DNA of 64,000 nucleotides, taken from positions 157,554-221,553 of the forward strand of contig NIVC01000831.1 in NCBI GenBank assembly GCA_002269645.1, given 5' to 3'. Shown one piece after another: positions 1-12,409 of the stretch. Origin of the DNA: Macrostomum lignano. Its lineage: Eukaryota. The translations under genes and the position numbers were made by a program. Position 1 is the first letter of the stretch; each line of letters begins with the position of its first letter. The notes below the pieces were generated by a model. That model saw only the letters and a program-made list of their open reading frames with translations, was not told the origin of the DNA and ran no database searches.

Positions 1-843
1 TAACTAAATTGAAAAACTATAATCTGCAAACATAAAAACATTTGCATATTAATTTGTAGATATTAATATTCATCTTTAATTGGCCTAATGAAGTTCTAGC
101 ACATGTGCCATAAAATTAAAAGTCAAGTGGATACACTTTCAAAAATGTATTTGTAGAAACTTTTTCTCACTGAACCTCATTAAGAGAATAGGGAATCAAG
201 TAAATCGTCATTGCATCAACCGTACAGGTAACTTTCTACACTTTTTTTTGCATTTTTGTAATTTTGGGTGCCCCATAAGTCTCCACCGCAAGTTTCAGAA
301 AAATCAAAAAATCGGAAGTATTTTATAAACATAAACTTAAAGAAGTCCCCTATGTTTAATTGCCACATTAATTCACTTGGAAGTTGGAACTGGTAGTTGA
401 CGAAATGACTCTCTTGAGGTAGTGCATGCAAATTAAGATGACAAAGTGACCCTAGTTGAGGTGAGCACCCCAGACACCCCAGATGACGAAGTGACTAATA
501 ACCTTTTGTTCAAACTTGCACTGTTCGAACTGTTCTGATATACTGTTCTGATTCTAACTTCTGGTTATATTTAATTTCGGTTTTTGTTTTTTTGGCACAT
601 GTTACAAAAGTTGGCGTATATTTAAAATTTGTTGGTGTATAATTCCATATAGGAAAAAGTTGTAAAACTGCGGATGGTGTCCGGCGCACTTTTGAAATTT
701 TTCTAAAGCGCAGCGCGCGCACAGGCGCAGCGCCTGCGCGTGCTGCCCTTTCTTACTGGCTGCTGCTCTAGCAAATACATATACATGGAAATGGGTATAA
801 TACCTCTGTTGAAGGGGCTTATACACTCGTAATTTATTAAGCT

Positions 844-1155
844 TAGAGATGTTCCGAAAATTCAATTTCAATTTTCCAAAATTTGAAATTTTTTAGAGCA
901 AATTTCAATTCCGAAATAAAATTTAGAAGTGAAAATTTTGGTAGTGTCTAAAAAGTCGCTAAAAATAAACTACTTTCTACTACATATACATGTATTACTT
1001 TTTGTTTAAGCAGTAAATTGAAAGTAAAAAAGTGAGTGTTGATCATACTAAACTTTGTTTTTCTGAATTATGATTTCGGGAAATTTCAATTTTGATTTTG
1101 GAAAGTTAGCGAATTTTGATTTCAACGAAACTGCAGATCTTTCGGAACATCTTTA
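844..1155. mobile_element. small MITE-like element
   Basis: Terminal inverted repeats tagagatgttccgaaa / tttcggaacatcttta around an AT-rich interior. TSD is not convincing. Confidence 0.5.
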
Positions 1156-1302
1156 ATAATCCTAAAGCGCGGTAAAATAGTTTGACTCTTTTCTAAAGCG
1201 TGTGTCTGCGGGTTTTTAACATTTATTCCAATAGGGGTATAATTGAAAATTCAATGAAAATGTGTCCAGCATTCACAGAAAACTTTTCGCAATATAGACA
1301 TT

Positions 1303-1396
1303 AGGTTATTCCAATTCTCTATATTCCATAGCTGTAGGGTCCCTAATATTACCATATTCCTATAGTTCCCATAGCTGTAGCCATAGTTTTAACAAA
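1303..1396. repeat. dispersed ~95-bp repeat, second copy at ~2588-2680
   Basis: ttattccaattctct...ccctaatattaccatattc...agccatagttttaacaaa occurs twice with substitutions. Confidence 0.7.
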
Positions 1397-2878
1397 GTCT
1401 AAAAAAACAAAATTGCTTGCTATCTAGGTGGATGCTTCTTCAATATTTGGGGGATGCTTTCTATATGTAGGATACTTGCTATTTGGGTGGATACTTCAAA
1501 AATATCTGGCAGATGTTTGCTATCTGCAAATGCTTACTATAGTGATGGATTAAAATTATAAGTCACTTTTATTGGTATGGGCATGCACTCAAATTTTTTT
1601 GGTGTTCATTTGTAATTATTCAATTTTTGTACTCAGTGTGATCTAGATATTATTTGCCATACTTGTATACTACATGCATCAGGTACCTTGGTGTGTGCTA
1701 TTATTGTGCACCAAGTGTAGTAGGGACCCTTGGTATATGCTGTGATTGTACACTAAGTGTGCCAGGGACCCTTTGTATATGCAAGAATTTTCTAGTACAT
1801 AGGCCACCTTGATTTTGGATAATAATTAAACATTGAAACAAAATTTGTGCATTTTGATTTTCCATTATAAATAGTTTAGGCAAGAAAGACAAATAATCAA
1901 CCAAATTAATATGCAAAAGAGTCCGTGACCTAGATTTGTAAGTGTAGGCATATATTCAATTTTTTGGCATGGATTTGTAACTCTTCAATTTTTGTTTGGA
2001 CTTGTACCCAGCATTATTTGGACTATGGTGTACATCAAAGTTGTATACTTTTTTCATTTTTAAATTCATTATTCATGTAGAGTAACAAACTTAGTTATAT
2101 AGAGTTAACTTAGGACAGGGGAGAATAAGCAAGGAGATAATTAGGGACTATTATGTCAACTTAAGCTCATAAAGTAACGAGTCCTTTTGCTAAACCTAGT
2201 TTCTTAGTATCATTGTAAGTAAAATGATATATCATTTATATACATAGGTTGTTTAGGCTCCACTTTATAAGCTTAAGTTGATAAGCCCTTTTTTAAAAGG
2301 TAGATTTTTACAAAATATATGATATAAAATGGGTGTAATAATTTTTAGCACAAAATTTGGTATTTTTGATTGTAAGCAGACCCTGTGTTCTTTTGATATC
2401 ACTTCATTTTCTTTGGCTCTATTGCTATTTACAGAGCTTTTCTTTTAAAAAGTTGGATTCTACAATATTTTTTGTTATATAGACATTTCTATGCCTTAAA
2501 ATAAAAAAAATGATTTAGTTCAAATTAGTGTTCTACCTTAAGAAGGGGCCATGTGCCATAAGCCATAGCTATAAGCAAAACTATGGCTTATTCCAATTCT
2601 CTGTATTCTGTAGCGTAGGGACCCTAATATTACCATATTCTTGTAGTTCCTGTAGCCATAGCCATAGTTTTAACAAAAAGTCCAGGAAACAAAATATTTT
2701 AATCAAGAAGATAGTGCTTAAACAACTGCAAATTTAAGGTAGAAAATATAACAAACACTTGATTGCCTTTTACAGAGTAAAGTCTATAATACAGTTACTA
2801 AAGTATCTTTGTTTTACTTTACCTTTTTCTAAAATAAATATATATATTTTTAAACTAATAACTATGGTAATGAGAATC

Positions 2879-3133
2879 CATACATGCGCAACCTCCCTGA
2901 TTTACACTGGCCATGCAACTTACTTTTTGACAAAAAATGCGACTTACCTGTGAAAAAACCTAATGCAATTTTGGGTAAACGGCAAGAGTAACTATGACTG
3001 TCTTATAAGGGCTAAATGTCTCGTCATCTAATTAGTACTACGTCTGTAATTTTTAGGCTGGGCATTTTTGCGACTTACCCCTGGTCCACCACAATTTATA
3101 GTGGCCAGATTGGCCAGGTCAGCCAGCAGTATG
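2879..3133 (+). mobile_element. MITE family A, copy 1, containing a 28S rRNA-like segment (2973-3036)
   Basis: Left end catacatgcgcaacctcc. Aligns along its length with the reverse complement of 17150-17446. The right TIR is degenerate. Confidence 0.65.
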
Positions 3134-3382
3134 GGAATCTATAGAATGTGACAACAACTACCATATTTTTGTAGTTGTAGCCATAAGAGCAGCTATCTAC
3201 CATAAGCATATCTGTAGTTGCCATTAGGCACCTATTTTACCATATTTGCCATAAGATCCTGTAGCCGTAGTAGCTACAGCAGAACACTAGCTCAAATTAT
3301 TGGTGTATAAATCTTTATTGTCCCTAAAAGATTATATTAACTAAAATTTTATAATTTCTATCCACCACAATAAAACAAACAG

Positions 3383-4006
3383 AAACGCTTCAAAGTGGAA
3401 GAATGCGCGCCAAGCAAGGTGATCCTAATCATGGATTTAAACAATTCAATCTCTGACGCCGACATTGTGGCCCTATTCAGTCGCTATGGCAACGTTGTTG
3501 ATATGCTCCGTTTAAAATCCGGCCGATCGGCTCTATTGGAATTTGACGATGTAAGCGTATCAAAAATGATGGTCTCGCAGTCTAAGGTGAACTCATTCTA
3601 CATCGGCTCCAATCCTGTGAAGATGGCGTTTGGCAATAGTCCTAATATTATTAGGAAGAGCGGCGCTCCAGTCACTTCTCTCAGCATCCTAGGCTATTGG
3701 CCTCATCCCAATGGCCCGGCTGGGCAACAGAATGGCGCTATGATGATGGGCGGCCCACCGCCTCAGCATTCAATGCCGCCTCAGATGATGCAGCAGCAGC
3801 CGCCGCCGCCGCAGCAGCCAGCTCCGGTGCCAGCTGCTCCGAGCCTAGCTATACAAGGCCTGCCAGGTCGCGTACTGCTGTTTAGCATTACCAACGCTAC
3901 CTATCCCATCACTGTTGACGTTATGAAGGCTATCTGTTCTCCTAATGGCAACTTGCTGCGCGTCAGCATTGGACCGAAGAAGGCCGACAATTCCTTGGAA
4001 GCTTTG
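3383..4006 (+). CDS. HNRNPL: hnRNP L-like RNA-binding protein, first visible coding exon (RRM1, Q/P-rich linker, start of RRM2)
   Basis: Acceptor aaacag|AAACGC at 3382/3383 and donor TTG|gtaag at 4006/4007. Translation KRFKVEECAPSKVILIMDL...ALLEFDD...GRVLLFSITNATYPITVDVMKAIC matches hnRNP L RRM1/RRM2. The start-codon exon was not located. Confidence 0.9.
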
Positions 4007-4136
4007 GTAAGCTTAGCCATCCGCATCTTGGATCCCAGATTTAAAGCATGCCAGTTTCACAACCCAAATTAAAGATGCTCTAGCATAACTTCAGTTTTGC
4101 GACCGCTAATCTACAAGCTATCCCAAACACCCTCAG

Positions 4137-4775
4137 GTGGAATTCGAGAACGTGGGAGACGCCAACAAGGCCATCGAGAATCTGAACGGCGCTGATATCT
4201 ACAGCGGCTGCTGCACTCTAAACATCACCGTCAGCCATCTGCCCGTGCTGCAAGTCTATAAAAACGATTCAGAATCGTTCGACTTTACTAATCCAAATTT
4301 GGGCGCGGAGAAAACTCCTTTGTTGGGGTCGGCTCCGCCGCAGCAGCAGGCTCCGCCGCAGCACCCAGCTGCCAGTTACCAGATGCAGCAGCCGCCGCCA
4401 TACCAGCAGCAGCCTCCCCCGTTCGGAGGGCCTCCTGGCATGATGGGGCCGCAGAGTGGCATGCCGCCGCCACCTCAACAGCAACAGCAGCAGCAATTCA
4501 ATCCACAGGACATGTCCTGGATGTTTCAGAAAGGCGAAGGCACAGTTGTGATGGCCTACAATTTGCCGCCTGGCCTGACCTGCCAGAATATTTTCAACAT
4601 CACCTGTTTGTACGGCAATGTGGCCAGGGTGAAGTTTCTCAAGTCTAGAGAAGGCTGCGCCATGGTGCAGATGGGCACGTCTGAACAGAGTGGCTACGTT
4701 GTTGACAACCTGAGCGGTCTGACTATCTATGGTCAGAAGGTGGAAGTCTGTCGCAGCAAGCAGCCGGAGGTTCAG
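4137..4775 (+). CDS. HNRNPL: hnRNP L-like, exon (end of RRM2, Q/P linker, RRM3)
   Basis: cctcag|GTG acceptor and CAG|gtgag donor, both phase 0. Contains the hnRNP L signature LNGADIYSGCCTL and VVMAYNL...NVARVKFLKSREGCAMVQM. Confidence 0.93.
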
Positions 4776-4889
4776 GTGAGATTTTTTACAAAGGTTTAAA
4801 TTAAAAGCAAATTTAATTGACATTGCTGTTTTGTTGATTCAAAAGATTTAGAAGGTACCAGTTTATTAGTCAAGTAAATTGTTAATTAT

Positions 4890-7706
4890 GTACAAAGCTC
4901 TCTGGTACAGGTGGTTAATTAAGGTAGGTACAAAGCTCTCTGGTACAGGTGGTTAATTAAGGTAGGTACAAGGCTCTCTGGTACAGGTGGTTAATTAAGG
5001 TAGGTACAAAGCTCTCTGGTACAGGTGGTTAATTAAGGTAGGTACAAAGCTCTCTGGTACAGGTGGTTAATTAAGGTAGGTACAAAGCTCTCTGGTACAG
5101 GTGGTTAATTAAGGTAGGTACAAAGCTCTCTAGTACAGGTGGTTAATTAAGGTAGGTACAAAGCTCTCTGGTACAGGTGGTTAATTAAGGTAGGTACAAG
5201 GCTCTCTGGTACAGGTTTATTGAGTAGGTAAAATGCTCTCTAGTACAGGTTTATTGGGTAGGTACAAGGCTCTCTAGTACAGGTTTATTGGTTAGGTACA
5301 AGGCTTTTTAGTACAGGTTTATTGAGTAGGTAAAAGGCTCTCTAGTACAGGTTTATTGAGTAGGTACAAGGCTCTCTAGTACAGGTTTATTGGGTAGGTA
5401 CAAGACTCTCTGGTACAGGTTTGTTGGGTAGGTACAAGACTCTCTGGTACAGGTTTGTTGGGTAGGTACAAGGCTCTGGTACAGGTTTGTTGGGTAGGTA
5501 CAAGGCTCTGGTACAGGTTTATTGGGTAGGTACAAGGGGAGTACGAGATCTGCTAGCAGGAAATCTGCTAGCCGAAGTTTGCTAGCGAGAAATTTGCTAG
5601 CCGAAATCTGCTAGCCGAAGTTTGCTAGCCGAAATCCGCTAGCCGAAATCTGCTAGCCGAAATGTGCTAGCCGAAGTTTGCTAGCGAGAAATTTGCTAGC
5701 CGAAATCTGCTAGCCGAAGTTTGCTAGCCGAAATCCGCTAGCCGAAATCTGCTAGCCGAAATCTGCTAGCCGAAGTTTGCTAGCAGGAATTTTGCTAGCG
5801 AGGATTTTGCTAGCCGAAATCTGCTAGCAGGAATTTTGCTAGCTGCCTTGCTCTCGTAGCTGTTGCATGTTATTTGCTGTGTTTTGATTCCGATTTGAGC
5901 TGCTTTGATTTGTACGAATAAATATATAACTTATATACCATATACTGCCACTACCAGCCATTAAGACTGAAAGGTGTGTATAGATAAGTTTAAATTTAAC
6001 TACCTGAACTACAGCTGCCTGAGCTACCTGAACTACGGCCTTACAGCTGATAATGCAAAAACATTATCAAGTGTCTACGAGTAAAATAGGACAAAAGTTA
6101 TAAATGATTTTGACGATTTCCAAGTGCAGTTTTAGCATATACAGTACTTTAGCATACAGTAACACACATGTTGGTGTACAGTATCTATAGCTAGATACAT
6201 GTATGTCCAAGGTACAATTTACTATAGCTATATGTATTGTTAATGTATAGATATTTTCCATCGCTTACGGTGCACTGTGTACAAGCAAAAACTCTATGCT
6301 GGTGTGGCCCACAAGCTCTTACCCTGTGATCATGGATGTAATATATTTACTTTATTCAATAGTGTTAGCTCGGAGTCGATTATTGAATCACTTTCACTTG
6401 ACAATCAAGCTGCATGCTCTCGCGGCTTACTTTGCCTTCTTTCGTTCTTTTTTATTTTTATTTATTCTTAAAAACACTTAAAAAAAGAAAATCGGTAATT
6501 TATCTTGACCAAAGTAGTCACATTTTAAAAGGTGTTAAGAAGAATAGAATTAACAAGCACATTTTGGATATAAATTACATTCAGATTCTTGTCATACGAG
6601 TGCTAGCTACAAAGAAATTTCTGATTTAGTACTTATTCGTACAAATTGCAATAAAAAATTACTTAATTTTTAATTGCATTATATTACGATACAACAATGC
6701 AGGCGGCAATTATTATATATTGCAATTTGAAGATCACTGCTAATAAGCACGATAAAGAGAGTCATTAGAGCGAAAAACGGAAATTTATTTGTCCTGCATG
6801 ATAAGTCCTGCAAAGTTTCTTGCGAAATTGGACAAGAAAAAATGTCTCTAGCAAATTACAACTTCGTAAATTGCTGTTCGCCGGTTTTGGTTAGATTATC
6901 GCTAGCAGATTTCGGCTAGCAAAATCCTCGCTAGCAAAATTCCTGCTAGCAAACTTCGGCTAGCAAACTTCGGCTAGCAGATTTCGTCTAGCAGATTTCG
7001 GCTAGCACATTTCGGCTGGCAAACTTCGGCTAGCACATTTCGGCTAGCACATTTCGGCTAGCACATTTCGGCTAGCACATTTCGGCTAGCAAACTTCGGC
7101 TAGCAGATTTCGGCAAGCAAATTTCTCGCTAGCAAACTTCAGCTAGCAGATTTCCTGCTAGCAAATTTCATAGACCCGGTACAAGGCTTTTTAGTACAGG
7201 TTTATTAGGTAGGTAAAAGGCTCTCGAGTACAGGTTTATTGAGTAGGTACAAGGCTCTCTGGTACAGGTTTATTGAGTAGGTACAAGGCTCAAGTACAGG
7301 TTTATCAGGTACGTACAAGGCTCAGGTACAGGTTTATTGGGTAGGTACAAGGCTTTTTAGTACAGGTTTATTGGGTAGGTACAAGGCTCTGGTACAGGTG
7401 GTTAATTAGGTAAGTACAAGGCTCTCTGGTACAGGTTTATTGGGTAGGTACAAGGCTCTCTGGTACAGGCTTATTGGGTAGGTACAGGGCTTTTTAGTAC
7501 AGGTTTATCAGGTAGGTACAAGGCTCAAGTACAGGTTTATTGGGTAGGTACAAGGCTTTTTAGTACACGTTTTTCAGGTACGTACAAGGCTCTCTGGTAC
7601 AGGTTTATTGGGTAGGTACAAGGCTTTTTAGAACAGGTTTATCAGGTAGGTACAAGGCTCTCTGGTATATGTTTATTGGATAGAAACACTGCTCTCTGGT
7701 ACAGGC
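4890..7706. repeat. intronic minisatellite (38-bp tacaaagctctctggtacaggtggttaattaaggtagg and ~34-bp variants), split by a MITE at 5537-7177
   Basis: Direct tandem units are visible at 4890-5536 and 7178-7706. Confidence 0.9.
5537..7177. mobile_element. non-autonomous DNA transposon with 8-bp TSD and inverted subterminal arrays of ~15-bp GCTAGC repeats (Merlin-like by GG ends and TSD length)
   Basis: Ends gggagtacgagatctgctagcagg / cctgctagcaaatttcatagaccc. TSD ggtacaag at 5529-5536 and 7178-7185. Inverted arrays at ~5550-5850 and ~6900-7165. Superfamily assignment is inference. Confidence 0.8.
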
Positions 7707-7805
7707 CTATTTTGTGCTTGAGGCGATAGTGCAAGTTTTTTAGATTAAATTTATTTGGTGTCTGCTCCATAATCTATTTAATTAATATTATACATTAATT
7801 CGCAG

Positions 7806-8067
7806 GTGGCATCCAAGCCCGAGTTGATGGAGAACGGCACCCCGATCTCGGTCTGTTACGAGGACAGCGTCAACAACCGATTCAAGCGGCCGGACATGTT
7901 CACCAAGTCGCGCCTAGTGGCCCCAACTAAGACTCTGCACTTCTTTAACTTTCCTCTCGGCGTCACCGAAAACGATTTGCGGCAGTTTTTTCTGCAGCAT
8001 GGCGGACCTCTGCCTGATAAAGCTGTCGTGTTCAAGCCCAAGCAGCAGGACCAGCGCGCTGCTATCG
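7806..8067 (+). CDS. HNRNPL: hnRNP L-like, exon (RRM3-RRM4 linker, RRM4 start)
   Basis: cgcag|GTG acceptor, ATC G|gtgcg donor (phase 1). NNRF...PTKTLHFFNFP matches hnRNP L RNNRF...PSNVLHFFNAP. Confidence 0.9.
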
Positions 8068-8089
8068 GTGCGAGTCCCTGTTTATGCCA

Positions 8090-9170
8090 GGTTTGGGGTC
8101 ATGAGACCCCCCTATATAATCAAAGGGCTGGAATCATGAGACGCCCCTCATATAGAACCAAATGGCTGGAGTCATGAGGCCCTTTCTATATAATCAAATG
8201 GCTGGGGTCAAGAAGCCTCTATATAATCAAATGGCTGGGGTCATGAGACCTCTATATAATCAAATGGCTGGGGTCATGAGACCCCCGCCTATAACCAAAT
8301 GGCCGGGGTCATGAGACCCCTTTCTATATAACCGAAGGGCTGGGTCATAAAACCTCTATATATTTTGCTCTATATATAATCAAATAGCTGGGTTCATAAG
8401 TAAGGCCTCTATATAATCAAATAGCTGGGGTCATAAGGCCTCTATATAATCAAATAGCTGGGGTCATAAGGCCTCTGTATAATCAAATAGCTGGGTTCAT
8501 AAGTAAGGCCTCTATACAATCAAATAGCTGGGGTCATAAGGCCTCTATATAATCAAATAGCTGGGGTCATAAGGCCTCTGTATAATCAAATAGCTGGGGT
8601 CATAAGGCCTCTGTACGAGTATAATCAAATGGCTGGGGTCATCAGACCCCTTCCTATAGAACCAAATGGCTAGGGTCATGAGACCCCTTCCTATAGAACC
8701 AAATGGCTAGGGTCATGAGACCCCTTCCTATAGAACCAAATGGCTAGGGTCATGAGACCCCTTCCTATAGAACCAAATGGCTAGGGTCATGAGACCCCTT
8801 CCTATAGAACCAAATGGCTAGGGTCATGAGACCCCTTCCTATAGAACCAAATGGCTGGGGGTCATGAGACCCCTTCCTATAGAACCAAATGGCTAGGGTC
8901 ATGAGACCCCTTCCTATAGAACCAAATGGCTAGGGTCATGAGACCCCTTCCTATAGAACCAAATGGCTGGGGTCATGAGGCCCTTTCTATATAATCAAAT
9001 GGCTGGGGTCATGAGACCCCCCTATATAATCAAATAGCTGGGGTCATAAGGCCTCTAAATAATCAAATGGCTATGGTCATGAGGACCCCTTCTATATACC
9101 TAAAGAGCCGGGGTCACTGGACCCCCTATACAATAAAAAATGATCTGGGTTGGCAGCCCCATATCTAAAG
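8090..9170. repeat. intronic ~37-bp minisatellite (accaaatggctagggtcatgagaccccttcctataga)
   Basis: Tandem units with subvariants in the hnRNP L intron 8068-9260. Confidence 0.9.
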
Positions 9171-9260
9171 CAGGGATCGAGAGTGAAAAGTGTCAGCCAG
9201 CAACCAATCAAATGGCTCTGTTAAAGCTATATATAAATTAATCTTCCAATCATTTCAAAG

Positions 9261-9544
9261 GCCTAGTTGAGTTCGACACAGTTGAGAACGCCGTATTAGC
9301 CCTGATGCGATCCAATCACGCCGAGGTGAAGCTTAGCGAACGGGCCAAGTTTCACGCTAAATTGTCGTTCAGTAACAAACCTATCGACCCAGCTGACTCT
9401 GCCGTTGTCAATTTCAAGCTGAAGGCTGAGCAGCAGCAGCAGCAGCAGCCTTCTGCTCCTGCCCAGCCTCCGTCTGGGGATGGCGCCACTACAATCTCTA
9501 AGCCGCCAGTCGTAGCCCCTAATAACGGTGTCAAATCCGAGTGA
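9261..9544 (+). CDS. HNRNPL: hnRNP L-like, last coding exon (RRM4 end, stop TGA 9542-9544)
   Basis: tttcaaag|GC acceptor completes a phase-1 Gly. GLVEFDTVENAVLALMRSNH...AKLSFS matches the RRM4 C-terminus. Confidence 0.9.
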
Positions 9545-11199
9545 GGCTCTTATCGAAGGTAAAAAGTGCGCTGTGGCATGCTTTGTTATTTAAATATATT
9601 GTTTACTAATGCCATTTGACAGTGTAGGCTAGCCATTATTTTAGCTATTCTCAAAATTATATTAGTCTTAATTATAGACTAGCAAAGTTCACAGAAATAT
9701 TAATCTATGATGATGAATTAATAAACCTTAATTGATAAAAATTTGCTCTCATGCTTCTTTTTTGTTCCAGTTAAACGCATGGCCTATTCATCCTAGAGAC
9801 ATAAAAATGTTTTGTGACACGATGGCAAAATATTAATAACAATAATAATTAACTGACAGTTACTGTCACGAGGACTTAACTTTATATCTAAACTATTAAT
9901 TCTAATGAAACTCTTAGCGAACCATTTAATTCAGCTTTTTTGTGTGTTACTCCTATGTTTGTGTTCATGTACTTATTTTAATGTAATGTAATACATTATA
10001 GTGACATTAAATTTATAGATGTGCAGCAGGGTCAAGTGTAGGAAGCTGAGCTCTATTGCGTCATCATAAGTATGTATAATTATAATCGTGTTGAATTTAG
10101 TTTGCATAACTATATCGTATATTATACAATAGGCATAAATTATTTACTAATATTCAATCAGTTATGAAAATTTATAAACTGTAGGCTTAACAAAAAATGA
10201 AGTTTATTTGGCAGGCATATTTTCCAGCTAGTTAGCATATAAATCAGGTAATATTTTATATCGTTAAGTAAAATTCGAGTAATTTTTATTCAAAAAACAT
10301 TTGCTTTTCATTCATACCTTGCACTTTAATAAGCCTGTCATTTGTGTACTACAGTGTCCAATTTAATATTAATATTGTCTATTCGATCTATAATCAATCT
10401 ATGGTTTTTAGTATATTCAACTATATTAAAAATTCTATTTAGTGTTGCACCTTTAAAAAATCTAGGTAGGCTTCAAACTGTAGTTAATGCTTGTTATTTA
10501 TCTTTATTTTATTATCTAATGCTATTTGTCTGCGTTCGCTATGCACGTCCCTATTCTTTGTTTGTTAATAGCAGTAGTAAGAATAGTGTATAAAGGTAGT
10601 ATGTAGGCCTCTATTTTTCTCTCTCACTGCCCGTTGTCCACCAGTTTCTGTGGAAAAAAACTAAATATTATGAAACACACAGTTGCTCTATTTTTTGCTC
10701 TCTAAAACTATGTGTAAACTCTTAATTCAATTTAACGACAAGTTTAAGGAAAAAAAATCTATATTTTAATTTGCCTAAAATATCAAATAAAATAGTTGCT
10801 TGTTATCGCAATGAATTCAACAACAAGTTTATTTTGTTGTTTAATGGTTTATTAAAGCCAGTGCGCTGTTTGGTTTTATTCAGGATATGCTTTTTTGTAA
10901 GGCCTTCACTGTCTTTGATAATTATTTTGGAAAATAAGCGCTAAATATCTGTTTGCTTTTGGCAGGCGCAGTGTGAATCCTTAGTTAGTAGCGAATTAAA
11001 ATGATAGTATTAAAACGTCAGTTAGCTAAATTTATTATTAAATTTATTTTTTCTTACGTGTGGACAACACTTTAGGACAGCTGCGAAGTGTAAGTAAAAG
11101 ATTGTGTGTTATTAAGTATACTTGCAGGTACATTAGACTCTGACTATAAGATTTGATTTTGTACCACCCATAGGTTCACACATCGCCTATAATCCCCCA

Positions 11200-12072
11200 C
11201 TTACCACCTCTAGAATCGCCCATTTACCATCTCTAGAATCGCCCATTTACCATCTTTAGAATCGCCTATTTACCAACTCTAGAATCGCCTATTTACCAAC
11301 TCTAGAATCGCCTATTTACCATCTCTAGAGTCGTCCATTTACCAACTCTAGAATCGCCCATTTACCATCTCTAGAATCGCCTATTTACCAACTCTAGAAT
11401 CGCCCATTTACCAACTCTAGAATCGCCTATTTACCATCTCTAGAGTCGTCCATTTACCATCTATAGAATCGCCTATTTACCAACTCTAGAATCGCCCATT
11501 TACCATCTCTAGAATCGCCCATTTACCATCTTTAGAATCGCCTATTTACCAACTCTAGAATCGCCCATTTACCATCTCTAGAATCGCCTATTTACCAACT
11601 CTAGAATCGCCCATTTACCATCGTTAGAATCGCCTATTTACCAACTCTAGAATCGCCCATTTACCATCTTTAGAATCGCCTATTTACCAACTCTAGAATC
11701 GCCCATTTACCATCTCTAGAATCGCCTATTTACCAACTCTAGAATCGCCCATTTACCATCCCTAGAATCGCCCATTTACCATCTCTAGAGTCCCCATTTA
11801 CCAACTCTAGAATCGCCCATTTACCATCTCTAGAGTCGCCCATTTACCAACTATAGAATCGCCCATTTACCATCTCTAGAGTCGCCCATTTACCATCTCT
11901 AGAGTCGCCCATTTACCATCTCTATAGTCGCCCATTTACCAACTATAGAATCGCCCATTTACCATCTCTATAGTCGCCCATTTACCAACTATAGAATCGC
12001 CCATTTACCATCTCTAGAGTCGCCCACTTATTCTACCATCTCTAGAATTGCTTATTTACCATCTCTAGAATC
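11200..12072. repeat. 23-bp minisatellite (tctagaatcgcccatttaccatc)
   Basis: Direct tandem array. Confidence 0.92.
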
Positions 12073-12409
12073 GAGTTGAGCACTTGGTCGGACTCTGATG
12101 TACATGGGTAAAGACTAATCCTTGCACTGCTAAATCTTAGTTGGTTATTCTTTATTAATAGCAATTTTTATTATTTACTAAAAGTCATGTCTTCGGCTCC
12201 TAGATGTTGCTAGAATTTAATGTCTAGGCAGTTAGCTATTCTTTGCCTTAGTCATACTATTATTGCCAGCATCATCACAAGTGATCTGTCTTACAATACA
12301 TGTAATTTGTCCGTCGTTGGTTGCGATTGCAAGGCATTCGTGCTTTCCACCCTAACAAATCTGCGATCAACCTCAGTTGCTAGACTACCGCTTCTCTCCC
12401 AAATCCCCA

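Noticed and set aside
2973-3036. Functional rRNA gene
   Set aside because: Only 64 nt, diverged and embedded in a MITE; reported instead as a captured fragment.
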